A stretch of DNA of 64,000 nt from assembly GCF_001194135.2 (NCBI RefSeq), contig NC_069000.1, positions 47,060,130 to 47,124,129 on the forward strand, in the 5' to 3' direction. The stretch comes from Octopus bimaculoides. Lineage: Eukaryota. Shown here in pieces: positions 12,001 to 22,784 of this stretch (position 1 is the stretch's first letter; each line of letters starts with the position of its first letter). Position numbers and translations under genes: made by a program. The notes beneath the pieces are model-generated. The model saw only the letters and a program-made list of their open reading frames with translations. It searched no databases and was not told the origin of the DNA.

Positions 12001-14552
12001 GTGTTGGTCCTAATATATAAATGGTACTAATTTGAGTGTCCTGGGGGAGACAAATGACCAACATTGACCTCAAGGGGATTTTTAATCAAAGCTATAGAAT
12101 AAGGACAAGGAAATAGTGGAAATAGGACCAGTTGCTACTTCAATAGAAAAGATTTGTGTCTTTAGAAGACATGGAGCAATGGCACAAATAAACATGAAGT
12201 GAAAAATAAAACTGAAGTTACTTACTCACTGAAAATAATCCTCTGGTTTTTACTGGCAATGGCAATGGCTTGACCCATACCACCAACCTCTTGGCTTCCC
12301 ATAATAAGCACAAGAAGTAAACCAGAAATCATTAGGACAGACTGGAAGGTGTCGGTCCACAGAACAGCTTTCATGCCACCCTGGAGAAGAAGAAACAGAA
12401 CTGATAAGATAGAACAACTCTAAAAGAAGAGTCCCTTATTACCTAATTTCATCATCATCATCATCATAACCACCATCAAAAACTGAGCCACTATGTGGTC
12501 ACTTAAATGGTAAGAAATAGCAGTTAAATCTCCCTTAAATGAAACCCTATCGTCTTATAGAAGAGAGACGTGTTAGATATTGTAGTCCAAAATAAAAGAC
12601 AGGATGGTCGTGGCTAGAGCATCTTTAGTAAGAGATCTATTTACATAGGGCTCACCTAGGAGTTAAACAACAACACAATTAACTATAAAATTACTAATTA
12701 CTAAATTAAATGAAAAATCAATTGAGAGATGAGTCAGATTGTCCATGAATGAAGAATGCAGCTGTCGATACGAGCATCTGTGAATTGCAGGATTCAGTGA
12801 CACTTCGAATGCCTCACCCCAGGGCTTTAACCAAAGGGAGGTGAACTGGCAGAGATGGTTGAGTTTCAGAAAGAATACCTTGTGACAGTTGTTATGACAA
12901 CCAGAGCTGAGTTCAAATCTCACCACTGTCAACTTTGCCTTCCATTCTTTCAGGGTCAATAAAAGTAGCAATCTCAGGAAATGGATTGTTGGAACTGTTT
13001 GATACTTTGCCATATCTCTTTCAGTTCTTTGAGTTCTGACAATAACAGTTTTGATGACACTGGCACCAAGCTGTATTGGTCCAAGCTGATGGCCTTTCCT
13101 TTGGATGACCATCAGTATTGAGAAGAAGAGAGGCTTACATGTATGAACAATGGTCAGCCTTTATCAAGAAAAATCTTGACCTGGCTTTTGCAGATACAGG
13201 ACAAAACTTGACCAAGAGGAGCTGTAAGAATGAAAAAAATCGAAGAACATTGAACAACAAGCAATACCTGACAAAGGTATGCAATATTACAGAGTATTTA
13301 ATGACAAAAGAAGGGAAGAGTCTTACCAATGATGTGTAAAATGTGCAGACAAGACCAACGCTGAGGACTGAGTACCAGAGAGAGAAACCTGTAACTGAGG
13401 AAGGAGAGAATAGTTTATATTACATCGTCACACAGGAGAGAATAAACGGAGAGATCATTCTAGATGCGGATGTTGGGGTTTATATACGTGTACAGCAGTT
13501 TTATGTGTATACAATAGTTTATATATATATAGTAATGAGTTCGATGCCTCAACCAGATCTCATTTCATCTCATTTCTATCACTGAATCTTTAGATAAAGG
13601 CATGCACACCACAACATCTTATTCTCCTCTCCCTATATGATATATGCATGCAGTACATCATTGACCGAAAAGTATGGAATTATTGCGGTTACCTGCATTG
13701 AGGGCCAAAGCTGGGCCATACAACACTATAGCCATATACATCAGCTGCAAAAGACAACAGAATATATTACACACACACACACACACACACATATATACAA
13801 ACGCACACTCACCACACACACACACATATATTACACATACACACACACACATATATAAGTATGTATGTATAGATACTTAGACNNNNNNNNNNNNNNNNNN
13901 NNNNNNNNNNNNNNNNNNNNNNNNNNNNNNNNNNNNNNNNNNNNNNNNNNNNNNNNNNNNNNNNNNNNNNNNNNNNNNNNNNNNNNNNNNNNNNNNNNNN
14001 NNNNNNNNNNNNNNNNNNNNNNNNNNNNNNNNNNNNNNNNNNNNNNNNNNNNNNNNNNNNNNNNNNNNNNNNNNNNNNNNNNNNNNNNNNNNNNNNNNNN
14101 NNNNNNNNNNNNNNNNNNNNNNNNNNNNNNNNNNNNNNNNNNNNNNNNNNNNNNNNNNNNNNNNNNNNNNNNNNNNNNNNNNNNNNNNNNNNNNNNNNNN
14201 NNNNNNNNNNNNNNNNNNNNNNNNNNNNNNNNNNNNNNNNNNNNNNNNNNNNNNNNNNNNNNNNNNNNNNNNNNNNNNNNNNNNNNNNNNNNNNNNNNNN
14301 NNNNNNNNNNNNNNNNNNNNNNNNNNNNNNNNNNNNNNNNNNNNNNNNNNNNNNNNNNNNNATATACACATATATGACTGTAAGCAAGTGTAAATGTCTC
14401 TCTCCTAAACTAGAGATAAATAATGTAAAGTATAAAAACATTCATTTTGTATCCACTTGAGAGGAACAAATGACATTTGCAATGAAGTCTTTTGTTGAAG
14501 ACAGAGAGAGAAAAAAAGTTGTTTTCTGTTTTCCAGACATTAAATATGTATG

Positions 14553-14588
<36 letters not shown>

Positions 14589-17500
14589 AACAAACACACA
14601 CACACACACACACATATATACAAACGCACACTCACCACACACACACACATATATTACACATACACACACACACATATATAAGTATGTATGTATAGATACT
14701 TAGACAGGCAGATAGACAGATAGGTACATAGATAGATGTACATACACATGCACTCACACACACACACACACATTCTATATGTAACTTTTATGTATTTTCA
14801 TGACAAAAACAAGGATAAAAAAGAGAATTTTATTTTAAGCTCACATACATTTGTGAGTCGATTGTTCTGACATTTTGAATCAAGTCTTTTTGCAAAGTAA
14901 AAACAAAAACAAAATCTACATTCCGTGACCTACAGGCATTGCAGCCTGGCTACATTAAGGCTGCACTCATGTAGCAAAACCTAGGACTGGATGCTTCATT
15001 AAATTATATAAACTTTGATGACAATAAACATCCAGGCATAATTTTCACCATTGCTTTTCACTGTATACTTTTTCATTTTGCATGGATGAAGTGGAATTTA
15101 TTGACTGAGTTTTTTTCTTTTTTGGTGGAGCCGGAGGGCGGCTATTGGCCTTAGTGTTGCCAAACCAAAGCAGTTCCCTGTAACTTAGCAGTTCAGCAAA
15201 AAAAGTAAAAAAAACAATGGAGTAGGTTCTAGGCTTACAAAGAATAAGTCCTGGGGTTGATTTATTCAACTAAAGGTGGTGCTCCAGCATGGCCACAGTC
15301 AAATGACTGAAACAAGTAAAAGAATAAAAGAATATTCATTGGGCTTCTTTCAGTTTCCCTCTTCCAAATTTACTCAGAAAGCTTCAATCAGCACAAGATT
15401 ATACTAGAAGACACTTACACAAGGTGCCACAGAGTAAGATTGAACCTCAAATCATATGGGAGGGAAGCAAATTTCTAAACCAATATTAGACATTACTTTA
15501 TATGTACGTACACACACACAGACACATATAGATGGATAGATAGATAGATATGTATATAAACATATGTATCTTATAGTAAAAATGGATACATAAGGGTGGA
15601 AAATCACAGGAACAATACCATATGTCCAACGCAAGATACAATATGTGTGTTCAATTCCTTCAAGAATTAATAAATGAATTTATAGTATTCAGTCTCTATG
15701 TATGTATATGTATGTATATGTATGTATGTATGTGTGTGTGCATGTATATATAAATATANNNNNNNNNNNNNNNNNNNNNNNNNNNNNNNNNNNNNNNNNN
15801 NNNNNNNNNNNNNNNNNNNNNNNNNNNNNNNNNNNNNNNNNNNNNNNNNNNNNNNNNNNNNNNNNNNNNNNNNNNNNNNNNNNNNNNNNNNNNNNNNNNN
15901 NNNNNNNNNNNNNNNNNNNNNNNNNNNNNNNNNNNNNNNNNNNNNNNNNNNNNNNNNNNNNNNNNNNNNNNNTATATATATAAACTTAGGGAATAATAAT
16001 TATTCCAGGTTATCAGGATATTTGCTATTTTACACTTTACTAATGCAAAGCAAACATTATCAATGATAATATTATTACAAATTTGGGATTTTACTAATAG
16101 AACCCCAACTTCAATATATATATGTGTGTGTGTGTGTATATATATACATGTGTTTGTATATGTGTTCATGTGTATATATGTTTGTATGTGTATATGTGTG
16201 TGCACATGTAAGAGAGAGGCAGACAAAAAGATGAACAATTTCAATAACAGAATTCACCATGATTTATTGGATTTCATTGTTTATTTGCTGTCTGTCTTTC
16301 TGTCTGTCTGTCTGTCGGTTTGTCTGTGCATAATTTGGTATGTACGCTTGTTTGTATGTATGTGTAAGCTACTGAGCATATGTGGCGGGTGGTGAATGTA
16401 TGTGTGTATGTGTGTGCCGGTGTGTGTGTGCGTGTGTGTCTGTGTATGTGTTTGTGTGTATGCATGTGTGTGTGTGTGTGTGCTCTATTTAGCATTTAGA
16501 ACTCAACAATAACCAGTTTCCCTTCCCACCCTGAAAAAAAAAACAAATAATAAAAAAAGAACAAATAATAAAAAAAAGAACAAATAATAAAAAAAGAGCA
16601 AATAATAAAAAAAGAATAAATAATAAATACAACAACAACAACAACAACAGATTACTCTTTTGAAGGAGTTTTTATATTGCTAAAAGTTTAGCTGAGAACA
16701 TTGGAGAGGTTTATAGCAACAACAACAACAACAACCACAGGAACACCTCCACCACCACCACCACCACCACAACCACCACCACAACCACCACCACCAACAC
16801 CAACAACAACAACAACGACAACAACGACAACTACAAGACCAAGAAGAAGAAGAATAAATGAGAAAGTTCTTGGTGAAGTTTCCGCTGAAAGAACAAGTTG
16901 TCNNNNNNNNNNNNNNNNNNNNNNNNNNNNNNNNNNNNNNNNNNNNNNNNNNNNNNNNNNNNNNNNNNNNNNNNNNNNNNNNNNNNNNNNNNNNNNNNNN
17001 NNNNNNNNNNNNNNNNNNNNNNNNNNNNNNNNNNNNNNNNNNNNNNNNNNNNNNNNNNNNNCACCAACACCACCACCACCACCACAACCACCACCACAAC
17101 CACCACCACCAACACCAACAACAACAACAACGACAACAACGACAACTACAAGACCAAGAAGAAGAAGAATAAATGAGAAAGTTCTTGGTGAAGTTTCCGC
17201 TGAAAGAACAAGTTGTCCATCCTGAGGCTGTTTGTTGATTAAAGACGAAGATATTGTAGTCACAGCTCAATGATTATGTCCTTATAAGGTAATGTTCACT
17301 TGATATTCTATTGTCTTAGAAATGTCATGGGACTACTCATCGTTGTCATCGTCATCATCATCAACACTACCACCGTCTTTGCCATAATCATCATCATCAT
17401 TACCATTGTTGTCGTGATCAACATCATCACCACCCTCATCACCACCATCACCAGCAGCAGCAGCAGCACACCACCACCACCACCACCACCACCACTACCA

Positions 17501-18246
17501 CCACCATCACCATCATCATCATCATCATCATTGTTTTAACATCCACTTTCCCATACTGGCATGGGTCAAGCAAAATCAGATTTTCTATGGCCAGATGCCT
17601 TTCCTGTCACACACCCTCACCTGTTTCCATGCAAGGTGATGTTTCCCCGTGGCCAAACACGCTCTCACAGAACACTGGAAATGAGTGTCTCACTTTGTAT
17701 GACAGGGACACTCATTTACTACTATCATATGATGTCAGCACAGGGTGACACAATTACACATATACATATATATACACACACAGCACATGGTCACACTCCA
17801 CTCTGAACACATGGTTACACTCCACGCTGAACACATGGTCACACTCCACTCTGAATATACAGATGCACAACTATGTATTAAAAAAAGTGACAAACATGGA
17901 GCAACAAAAAATGAAGACCACAACTCACCATTAATATACAATGGATGATGGAGCCAATTAAACGGATTCCTTTACTGAATCGGAGTTCAAGATACTGGAA
18001 ACAATCAGAAATTGCAATTAGCAGGATTATTATTGATATGATTGTTGTTGTTATTGTTATTATTGTAAGTGTGCGTGTAGCAGAGATGTGCCATCTGGGG
18101 AGGCAAGGTTGGTAGGTACCTGACTAGAACTGTAAGTAGCTTTTGTAACTGAAAGTTGTAAATGAACTTTGGTTCATTTTATAATTAACAGATATATCTT
18201 TCTGTATGTTGCACCTTTACTATATATATATATATGTGTGTGTGTG

Positions 18247-18308
<62 letters not shown>

Positions 18309-18803
18309 CAGTTGACCATGTCTGCTTGATTAGAGTTGACCTAGGGTTAAACAATAGCAACAGCAGCAGTGTTATATCACCACAAACTAATGAGGAATTA
18401 TTTTGGAAATGGTAAATCTTATAAAAGAGGAACTTACTTCATAAATACTTGTAATCTTCAGTCGGTAGAATAATGGTACATAGATGTGCGCTGCCAGGAA
18501 TATGGCAACGAAATAGGACAGACTCATCCACATATACATGGTGTTTACATTGTATATCTCAGCCGGCGCTCCAAGTAATGTTATGGCCGACATAAAGCTC
18601 ACCAAAAGTGACATTGCAACCGGAAACACAGACATGTTTCCACCAGCCAATAAGAAGTTGTTTGTGCTCTTCTTGTTTCGATCCCATATTGCATAGAAGA
18701 CACCAATTCCAGAAGATATAGCAAGCGTAAGTCCAAAGAGCACATAATCCAAAAGACTAAATGGACGGATTTGTTCCCTGTGCAAACTGTATGATTGCTT
18801 CAT
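2426..18803 (-). CDS. SLC5A8-like: Sodium:solute symporter (SLC5, SMCT/SMVT/NIS clade), complete 15-exon CDS, 622 aa
   Basis: Fifteen exons, each bounded by AG/GT, join in consistent phase to 1869 nt including the stop. Family motifs: FLLAGGNM..FPVAMSLLVSFMSAITLLG.PAE, YE|YLELRF, GGMKAVLWTD.FQ, RHTFWS, YGTNQAQVQR, SGTLSS, LSYLWY. Three N-glycosylation sequons (NRT, NQT, NMT) lie in the last extracellular loop. Confidence 0.95.
3673..3791 (-). CDS. SLC5A8-like: SLC5 exon 14 (PSDPRKLDPRLICP...GVRHEG)
   Basis: CATTCCAG acceptor, GGG|GTAAGT donor, 119 nt, LDPRLI.P motif. Confidence 0.93.
4875..4975 (-). CDS. SLC5A8-like: SLC5 exon 13 (SGLNGMYSLSYLWY...TSFLT)
   Basis: TTTTTTGCCAG acceptor, GTAAGT donor, 101 nt, Y.LSYLWY motif. 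Confidence 0.95.
5111..5331 (-). CDS. SLC5A8-like: SLC5 exon 12 (GAYAGLFCS...VFQDVD)
   Basis: TTTAATCAG acceptor, 221 nt open. The phase-2 donor CG|GTCTGT is weak but is required by the phase of exon 13. Confidence 0.85.
5719..5805 (-). CDS. SLC5A8-like: SLC5 exon 11 (ASLSLYGTLSAPILGLYSLGMLVPWANYW)
   Basis: CTGTTGCAG acceptor, GTAAAT donor, 87 nt. Confidence 0.95.
6120..6395. repeat. 10-bp-period AATTA minisatellite (about 28 units)
   Basis: Units such as AATTAAAATT, AATTAGGGCT and AATTAAAGCT, counted directly. Confidence 0.9.
6655..6785. repeat. 15-18-bp minisatellite (ATGGTCTGTGTGATGACA)
   Basis: About 7 tandem units are visible. Confidence 0.9.
7011..7078 (-). CDS. SLC5A8-like: SLC5 exon 10 (VFLGLLCLVVTYGASQLGGILQ)
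   Basis: GTGTTTCAG acceptor, CAG|GTAAGT donor, 68 nt. Confidence 0.95.
7100..7224 (-). mobile_element. Tc1-like terminal fragment in SLC5 intron 9
   Basis: TA-CAGTGTGGCCCAAAAGT end sequence on the minus strand; no partner TIR seen. Confidence 0.4.
7275..7390 (-). CDS. SLC5A8-like: SLC5 exon 9 (SVATGMNSMSAVILQDF...TRLV)
   Basis: TTTTCTTGTAG acceptor, GTAAGT donor, 116 nt; contains the Na2-site helix. Confidence 0.95.
8489..9010 (+). mobile_element. Truncated mariner relic (left TIR plus transposase N-terminal HTH), SLC5 intron 8
   Basis: TA-TTAGGTTGTCCGCAAAG TIR; ORF from 8671 MEDKKVH...GKNASQATKEICAVYG...SERTVRKWFARFRAGD...*GRPS...IKALIENNPHYTTRELAESLNLSKSVVHEHL with an internal stop at 8857; truncated at an (ATT)n run. 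Confidence 0.9.
9076..9164 (-). CDS. SLC5A8-like: SLC5 exon 8 (LLPLFVMDTLG...IFSGTL)
   Basis: TATCTTCAG acceptor, AG|GTAGGT donor, 89 nt. Confidence 0.95.
9266..9410 (+). mobile_element. SINE family B (tRNA-headed)
   Basis: GCTGTGGTAGGAAGTTTGCTTCCCAACCACATGG..GGTTCAGTC..CACCTTG..GTGTCTTCTACT...GAAACTGAAAGAAGCC. Other copies at about 10685(-), 15340(-), 23937(+), 24855(+), 31495(+), 38390(-) and 56488(-). Confidence 0.8.
9464..9839. mobile_element. Tigger/pogo-type MITE, SLC5 intron 7
   Basis: TIRs CAGTGATACCTCGCAG / CTGCGAGGTTCTGCTG followed by TA. Confidence 0.65.
9941..10070 (-). CDS. SLC5A8-like: SLC5 exon 7 (AIWLNFPG...INASDQ)
   Basis: CCCTTCCCAG acceptor, CAG|GTGAGT donor, 130 nt. Confidence 0.95.
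10150..10239. repeat. 29-bp tandem repeat x3
   Basis: GTTCAGTGGCCACCCTTATTTCACTGATT, three near-identical copies without spacers. Confidence 0.95.
10685..10830 (-). mobile_element. SINE family B, reverse copy in SLC5 intron 6
   Basis: Its reverse complement aligns along its length to the copy at 9266-9410. Confidence 0.8.
10927..11067 (-). CDS. SLC5A8-like: SLC5 exon 6 (FSFDPRVRHTFWS...YGTNQAQVQRS...KAQ)
   Basis: Tandem acceptors TTTAG|TTTCAG| give a 141- or 135-nt exon in the same frame; donor GTAAGT. Confidence 0.92.
12226..12380 (-). CDS. SLC5A8-like: SLC5 exon 5 (GGMKAVLWTDTFQ...RIIFS)
   Basis: TTCTCCAG acceptor, GTAAGT donor, 155 nt, phase 0 to 2. Confidence 0.95.
12749..12826 (+). 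pseudogene. 5.8S rRNA-derived fragment in SLC5 intron 4
   Basis: ATGAAGAATGCAGCT-N16-GTGAATTGCAGGA...GACACTTCGAATGC reproduces three conserved 5.8S blocks, with the canonical 16-nt spacing between the first two. Confidence 0.7.
13327..13394 (-). CDS. SLC5A8-like: SLC5 exon 4 (VTGFSLWYSVLSVGLVCTFYTSL)
   Basis: CTTCCTCAG acceptor, GTAAGA donor, 68 nt, phase 1 to 0. Confidence 0.95.
13693..13744 (-). CDS. SLC5A8-like: SLC5 exon 3 (LMYMAIVLYGPALALNA)
   Basis: TTTTGCAG acceptor, CAG|GTAACC donor, 52 nt. Confidence 0.95.
17784..17855. repeat. 24-bp tandem repeat x3
   Basis: CACATGGTCACACTCCACTCTGAA, three copies. Confidence 0.95.
17929..17994 (-). CDS. SLC5A8-like: SLC5 exon 2 (YLELRFSKGIRLIGSIIHCILM)
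   Basis: TTCCAG acceptor, GTGAGT donor, 66 nt, YLELRF motif. Confidence 0.95.
18438..18803 (-). CDS. SLC5A8-like: SLC5 coding exon 1 (MKQSYS...KITSIYE, 122 codons)
   Basis: Acceptor TTTTTCCAG ends at 18816, so the exon begins at 18815 with 12 nt of UTR. ATG at 18803 in AAAATG context; donor GAA|GTAAGT, phase 0. Confidence 0.93.
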
Positions 18804-18825
18804 TTTACAGAGTTCCTGGAAAAAT

Positions 18826-18866
<41 letters not shown>

Positions 18867-18868
18867 TG

Positions 18869-18899
<31 letters not shown>

Positions 18900-18935
18900 T
18901 AATAATAATGATAATAATAATAATAATAATAATAA
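18826..18935. repeat. (AAT)n microsatellite abutting the SLC5 exon 1 acceptor
   Basis: Directly visible; it is the source of the spurious poly-Leu and poly-Ile ORFs. Confidence 0.95.
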
Positions 18936-19242
18936 TGTTCTCTGATGACTGGTCGACAATCTTTCCTCACTTCACTGTCATGTATGAGCATTTATCTTGC
19001 CCAAACTCCATTCCTATATCTTGTGAGAGCATTGGGACTAGTTCCAATCGTCTCTTGATATTCACCATATGTATGTATGTCATTATTCAGTTTATTTCAA
19101 GATTTCTTGCCAATAGAGAAAGAACTGGTTTCTAACCTAGATCCAAAGCACCCTCACTGGAATTTCAACATCAACAAGATATTCTGTTTGTATGTTTTTA
19201 TGTATGTATGTATGTATGTATGTATGTATGTATGTATGTACA

Positions 19243-19308
<66 letters not shown>

Positions 19309-19309
19309 A

Positions 19310-19625
19310 CATAAGGGCACATGAAGTGCCTACCTGCTAGAAAGTGGATTTAAAACCCTCAACTTAACCACCAATGACACTGAAAAGTTCCACAGTTAAC
19401 AACAGTAGTCAGGCAAATGAGCAAAAGAATTTGCCATATGATCACAGCTTAATGCTGTATATTTTAGCATTTGGATAAACTTGTGTCATGATTCTGAGTT
19501 TTGGCGAAAAATCTTAACTCTCTTTGGCAAGTCTTACCAAGTGAAAAATCCAACTCGACATGTTGGAGTCTACTGCTGTTCAGAACTCCGCTTTCTAGCA
19601 GACAGGCACTTCATGTACTCTTATG
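19310..19625. mobile_element. MITE, about 316 bp, with roughly 38-bp TIRs
   Basis: CATAAGGGCACATGAAGTGCCTACCTGCTAGAAAGTGG pairs with CCGCTTTCTAGCAGACAGGCACTTCATGTACTCTTATG. Confidence 0.75.
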
Positions 19626-20087
19626 ATAAATGTAAATTTTAATTGTATAGCTATCTAACACTATTTAACACCTGTAGCCACTTATATTATTATTGTTATT
19701 GTTATTACTAATTTTTATTTACCGCAGATAATAATATCGTTATAAATAACTACATATATGTATACAGGGTGCATATATGTATACAGGGTGTCCACAAAGT
19801 CTGGGTACATGGAGATTAACACATACTNNNNNNNNNNTATATAGCGAGAGAAAGAGAGAGAGATTTACTATACACATGATTTTAAATGTGAGCTACAAAG
19901 ATCTACTCTGATAGCACAATGAAGGTATATGTCATGTTACACAAGTTTTTCTGGTCACTGAACTATCGAAGCATGAAACCTATTGTATTTCAAATTTAAA
20001 TCCTGTCTCTATTGAATAATATTTTCCTCACACGAATGGAGAACATTTTTTGTTAATCCTACCAATTATAGGAAAATACATTATCTT

Positions 20088-20400
20088 CTTTATATATAAA
20101 ATCCATTCTGTCTGTCTGTTTGTACACTTATAACTCAAGTATTGTTCATCCGATCACGCTAAAATTTTAAACATGGATACATGAGAGAGCGGAGTGTTCC
20201 GTAATCTAAAAAGATTTTCAAAATTGTTAGTTTCAAAGTGAGAATCGCTATTTTTTTGTTCCGGCATTAACAGCAACTAGTTGCTCAGACACCTGGCACA
20301 TACCATTTCGCTAGCAACAAGGGGAGTACAGGATGACAGTCAGCCAAAACCGTCGCTATGCTGTCTCTCTTCTTTCCTCTCTCTGTGGGGTTAATAATCT
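20088..20400 (+). mobile_element. Possible Helentron-associated (HINE/DINE-like) element
   Basis: Starts TATATATAAAATCC..TCTGTCTGTCTGT..AACTC..CCGAT..AAAATTT, a layout typical of HINEs; judged by resemblance only. Confidence 0.35.
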
Positions 20401-21625
20401 TAATCTTTACTTATAGTTTCTCATTCAAACTACACAAATAGGCAGAACTGTTGGATTAAGACAGTAGGGTGTTTTTACAGAGATTTGGCTGCTATTTCTA
20501 CCAGGTCTAGCTACCATGTAGAGGTCTCCCTCATTGGCTTATACATACATATATACATAAATTCGAAATAAAATACTTAAAGCAACAAGCGTCAAATACA
20601 AAAGCCAAGGTCCATGTAGAGTCATGGGCCCAAAAAATTTCCAACTTCTTGCCTAATGCGAGCCCAGAGCAATCTCTTACAGTATTTCAGTATTACGTGT
20701 GTATTGTGATGTGAGATACTGCCCTATATATATATATTCCTTATGCATTCCAAAACACTTTCCCATATCACCTGTTTCAACATAACTGTAATATATTATA
20801 TACAANNNNNNNNNNNNNNNNNNNNNNNNNNNNNNNNNNNNNNNNNNNNNNNNNNNNNNNNNNNNNNNNNNNNNNNNNNNNNNNNNNNNNNNNNNNNNNN
20901 NNNNNNNNNNNNNNNNNNNNNNNNNNNNNNNNNNNNNNNNNNNNNNNNNNNNNNNNNNNNNNNNNNNNNNNNNNNNNNNNNNNNNNNNNNNNNNNNNNNN
21001 NNNNNNNNNNNNNNNNNNNNNNNNNNNNNNNNNNNNNNNNNNNNNNNNNNNNNNNNNNNNNNNNNNNNNNNNNNNNNNNNNNNNNNNNNNNNNNNNNNNN
21101 NNNNNNNNNNNNNNNNNNNNNNNNNNNNNNNNNNNNNNNNNNNNNNNNNNNNNNNNNNNNNNNNNNNNNNNNNNNNNNNNNNNNNNNNNNNNNNNNNNNN
21201 NNNNNNNNNNNNNNNNNNNNNNNNNNNNNNNNNNNNNNNNNNNNNNNNNNNNNNNNNNNNNNNNNNNNNNNNNNNNNNNNNNNNNNNNNNNNNNNNNNNN
21301 NNNNNNNNNNNNNNNNNNNNNNNNNNNNNNNNNNNNNNNNNNNNNNNNNNNNNNNNNNNNNNNNNNNNNNNNNNNNNNNNNNNNNNNNNNNNNNNNNNNN
21401 NNNNNNNNNNNNNNNNNNNNNNNNNNNNNNNNNNNNNNNNNNNNNNNNNNNNNNNNNNNNNNNNNNNNNNNNNNNNNNNNNNNNNNNNNNNNNNNNNNNN
21501 NNNNNNNNNNNNNNNNNNNNNNNNNNNNNNNNNNNNNNNNNNNNNNNNNNNNNNNNNNNNNNNNNNNNNNNNNNNNNNNNNNNNNNNNNNNNNNNNNNNN
21601 NNNNNNNNNNNNNNNNNNNNNNNNN

Positions 21626-21705
<80 letters not shown>

Positions 21706-22750
21706 TAGTGTGAATATGGGGGTGGATGTTGTAGGTGGGATGGCGATGGAAGAGAAGGGACGGTAACAGGGTCTGCTCCCTTTTGAACTGTCTCATTGGT
21801 GTAATCTGAAGAATTGGTGAGGGAATTTCTTCCCCACACGTACAAGTGAAGGGATTCACTTTAGTTCTATGTATGACGAGGACACACTCACTCCCTCTCT
21901 TTCTCTCTTTCTTCCTTTCTCTACCTCTCTCTCTCTCACTCTCTCTCTATCTATCTGTCTTTCCATCCATATATCTATACATACACACGCATACACATGC
22001 TTTATTCATTTTTCCCCCCTCTTTATGAACATCCAAAAGTAATTATTTGATTGTTGACTTCATCCACCACCACCACCACCACCACCACCACTTTCATTAT
22101 CATCATCAACATCATCTTCACCACCACTGCTGCCGCCGCCACCTCTGCCGCCGCCACCCTCACCGTTACACAGATCATGTGACAGCTGCAGGACGGGGTG
22201 GTCGAGATGGAGGAATCAGACAAGTACTTTGTTGTAGCATTATGTGCATATGTGTATGCGTGTCTGTATGTGGTGTGGAGGGGAAAGGATACATGATGTG
22301 GGGGTGCTTCGACCCCCCCCTCCCCAAGAACCTACACATTCCATAACAGCATCAATATTCATCAGAAACAGCTGGGGATTGTGGTACTGGGACNNNNNNN
22401 NNNNNNNNNNNNNNNNNNNNNNNNNNNNNNNNNNNNNNNNNNNNNNNNNNNNNNNNNNNNNNNNNNNNNNNNNNNNNNNNNNNNNNNNNNNNNNNNNNNN
22501 NNNNNNNNNNNNNNNNNNNNNNNNNNNNNNNNNNNNNNNNNNNNNNNNNGGGGGGGGGGGAGAATTATTGGCGTTAGGGTTTTGGGGCGTCACTTTGATC
22601 TCCAGTTGACAGCTGAAGACGGCATCGGCCCACAGCACTGCAAGCTGTATACAAAACCTACATATATGCATATCCACACATGTATACTTATATACACATA
22701 CATACACACATACCTACATACATCATCCATCAAACTTACATATACATATG

Positions 22751-22784
<34 letters not shown>

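Noticed and set aside
16701-17225. Pro/Thr-rich mucin- or extensin-like ORF
   Set aside because: CCA/CAA microsatellite duplicated across an assembly gap.
18804-18959. Poly-Leu N-terminal extension of the SLC5 ORF
   Set aside because: It is the (TTA)n intron sequence upstream of the acceptor at 18816.
22361-22393. IRNSWG, a papain-family catalytic Asn motif
   Set aside because: Context lacks the preceding YW and following WG.GY, no catalytic Cys or His exons were seen, and it runs into a gap.
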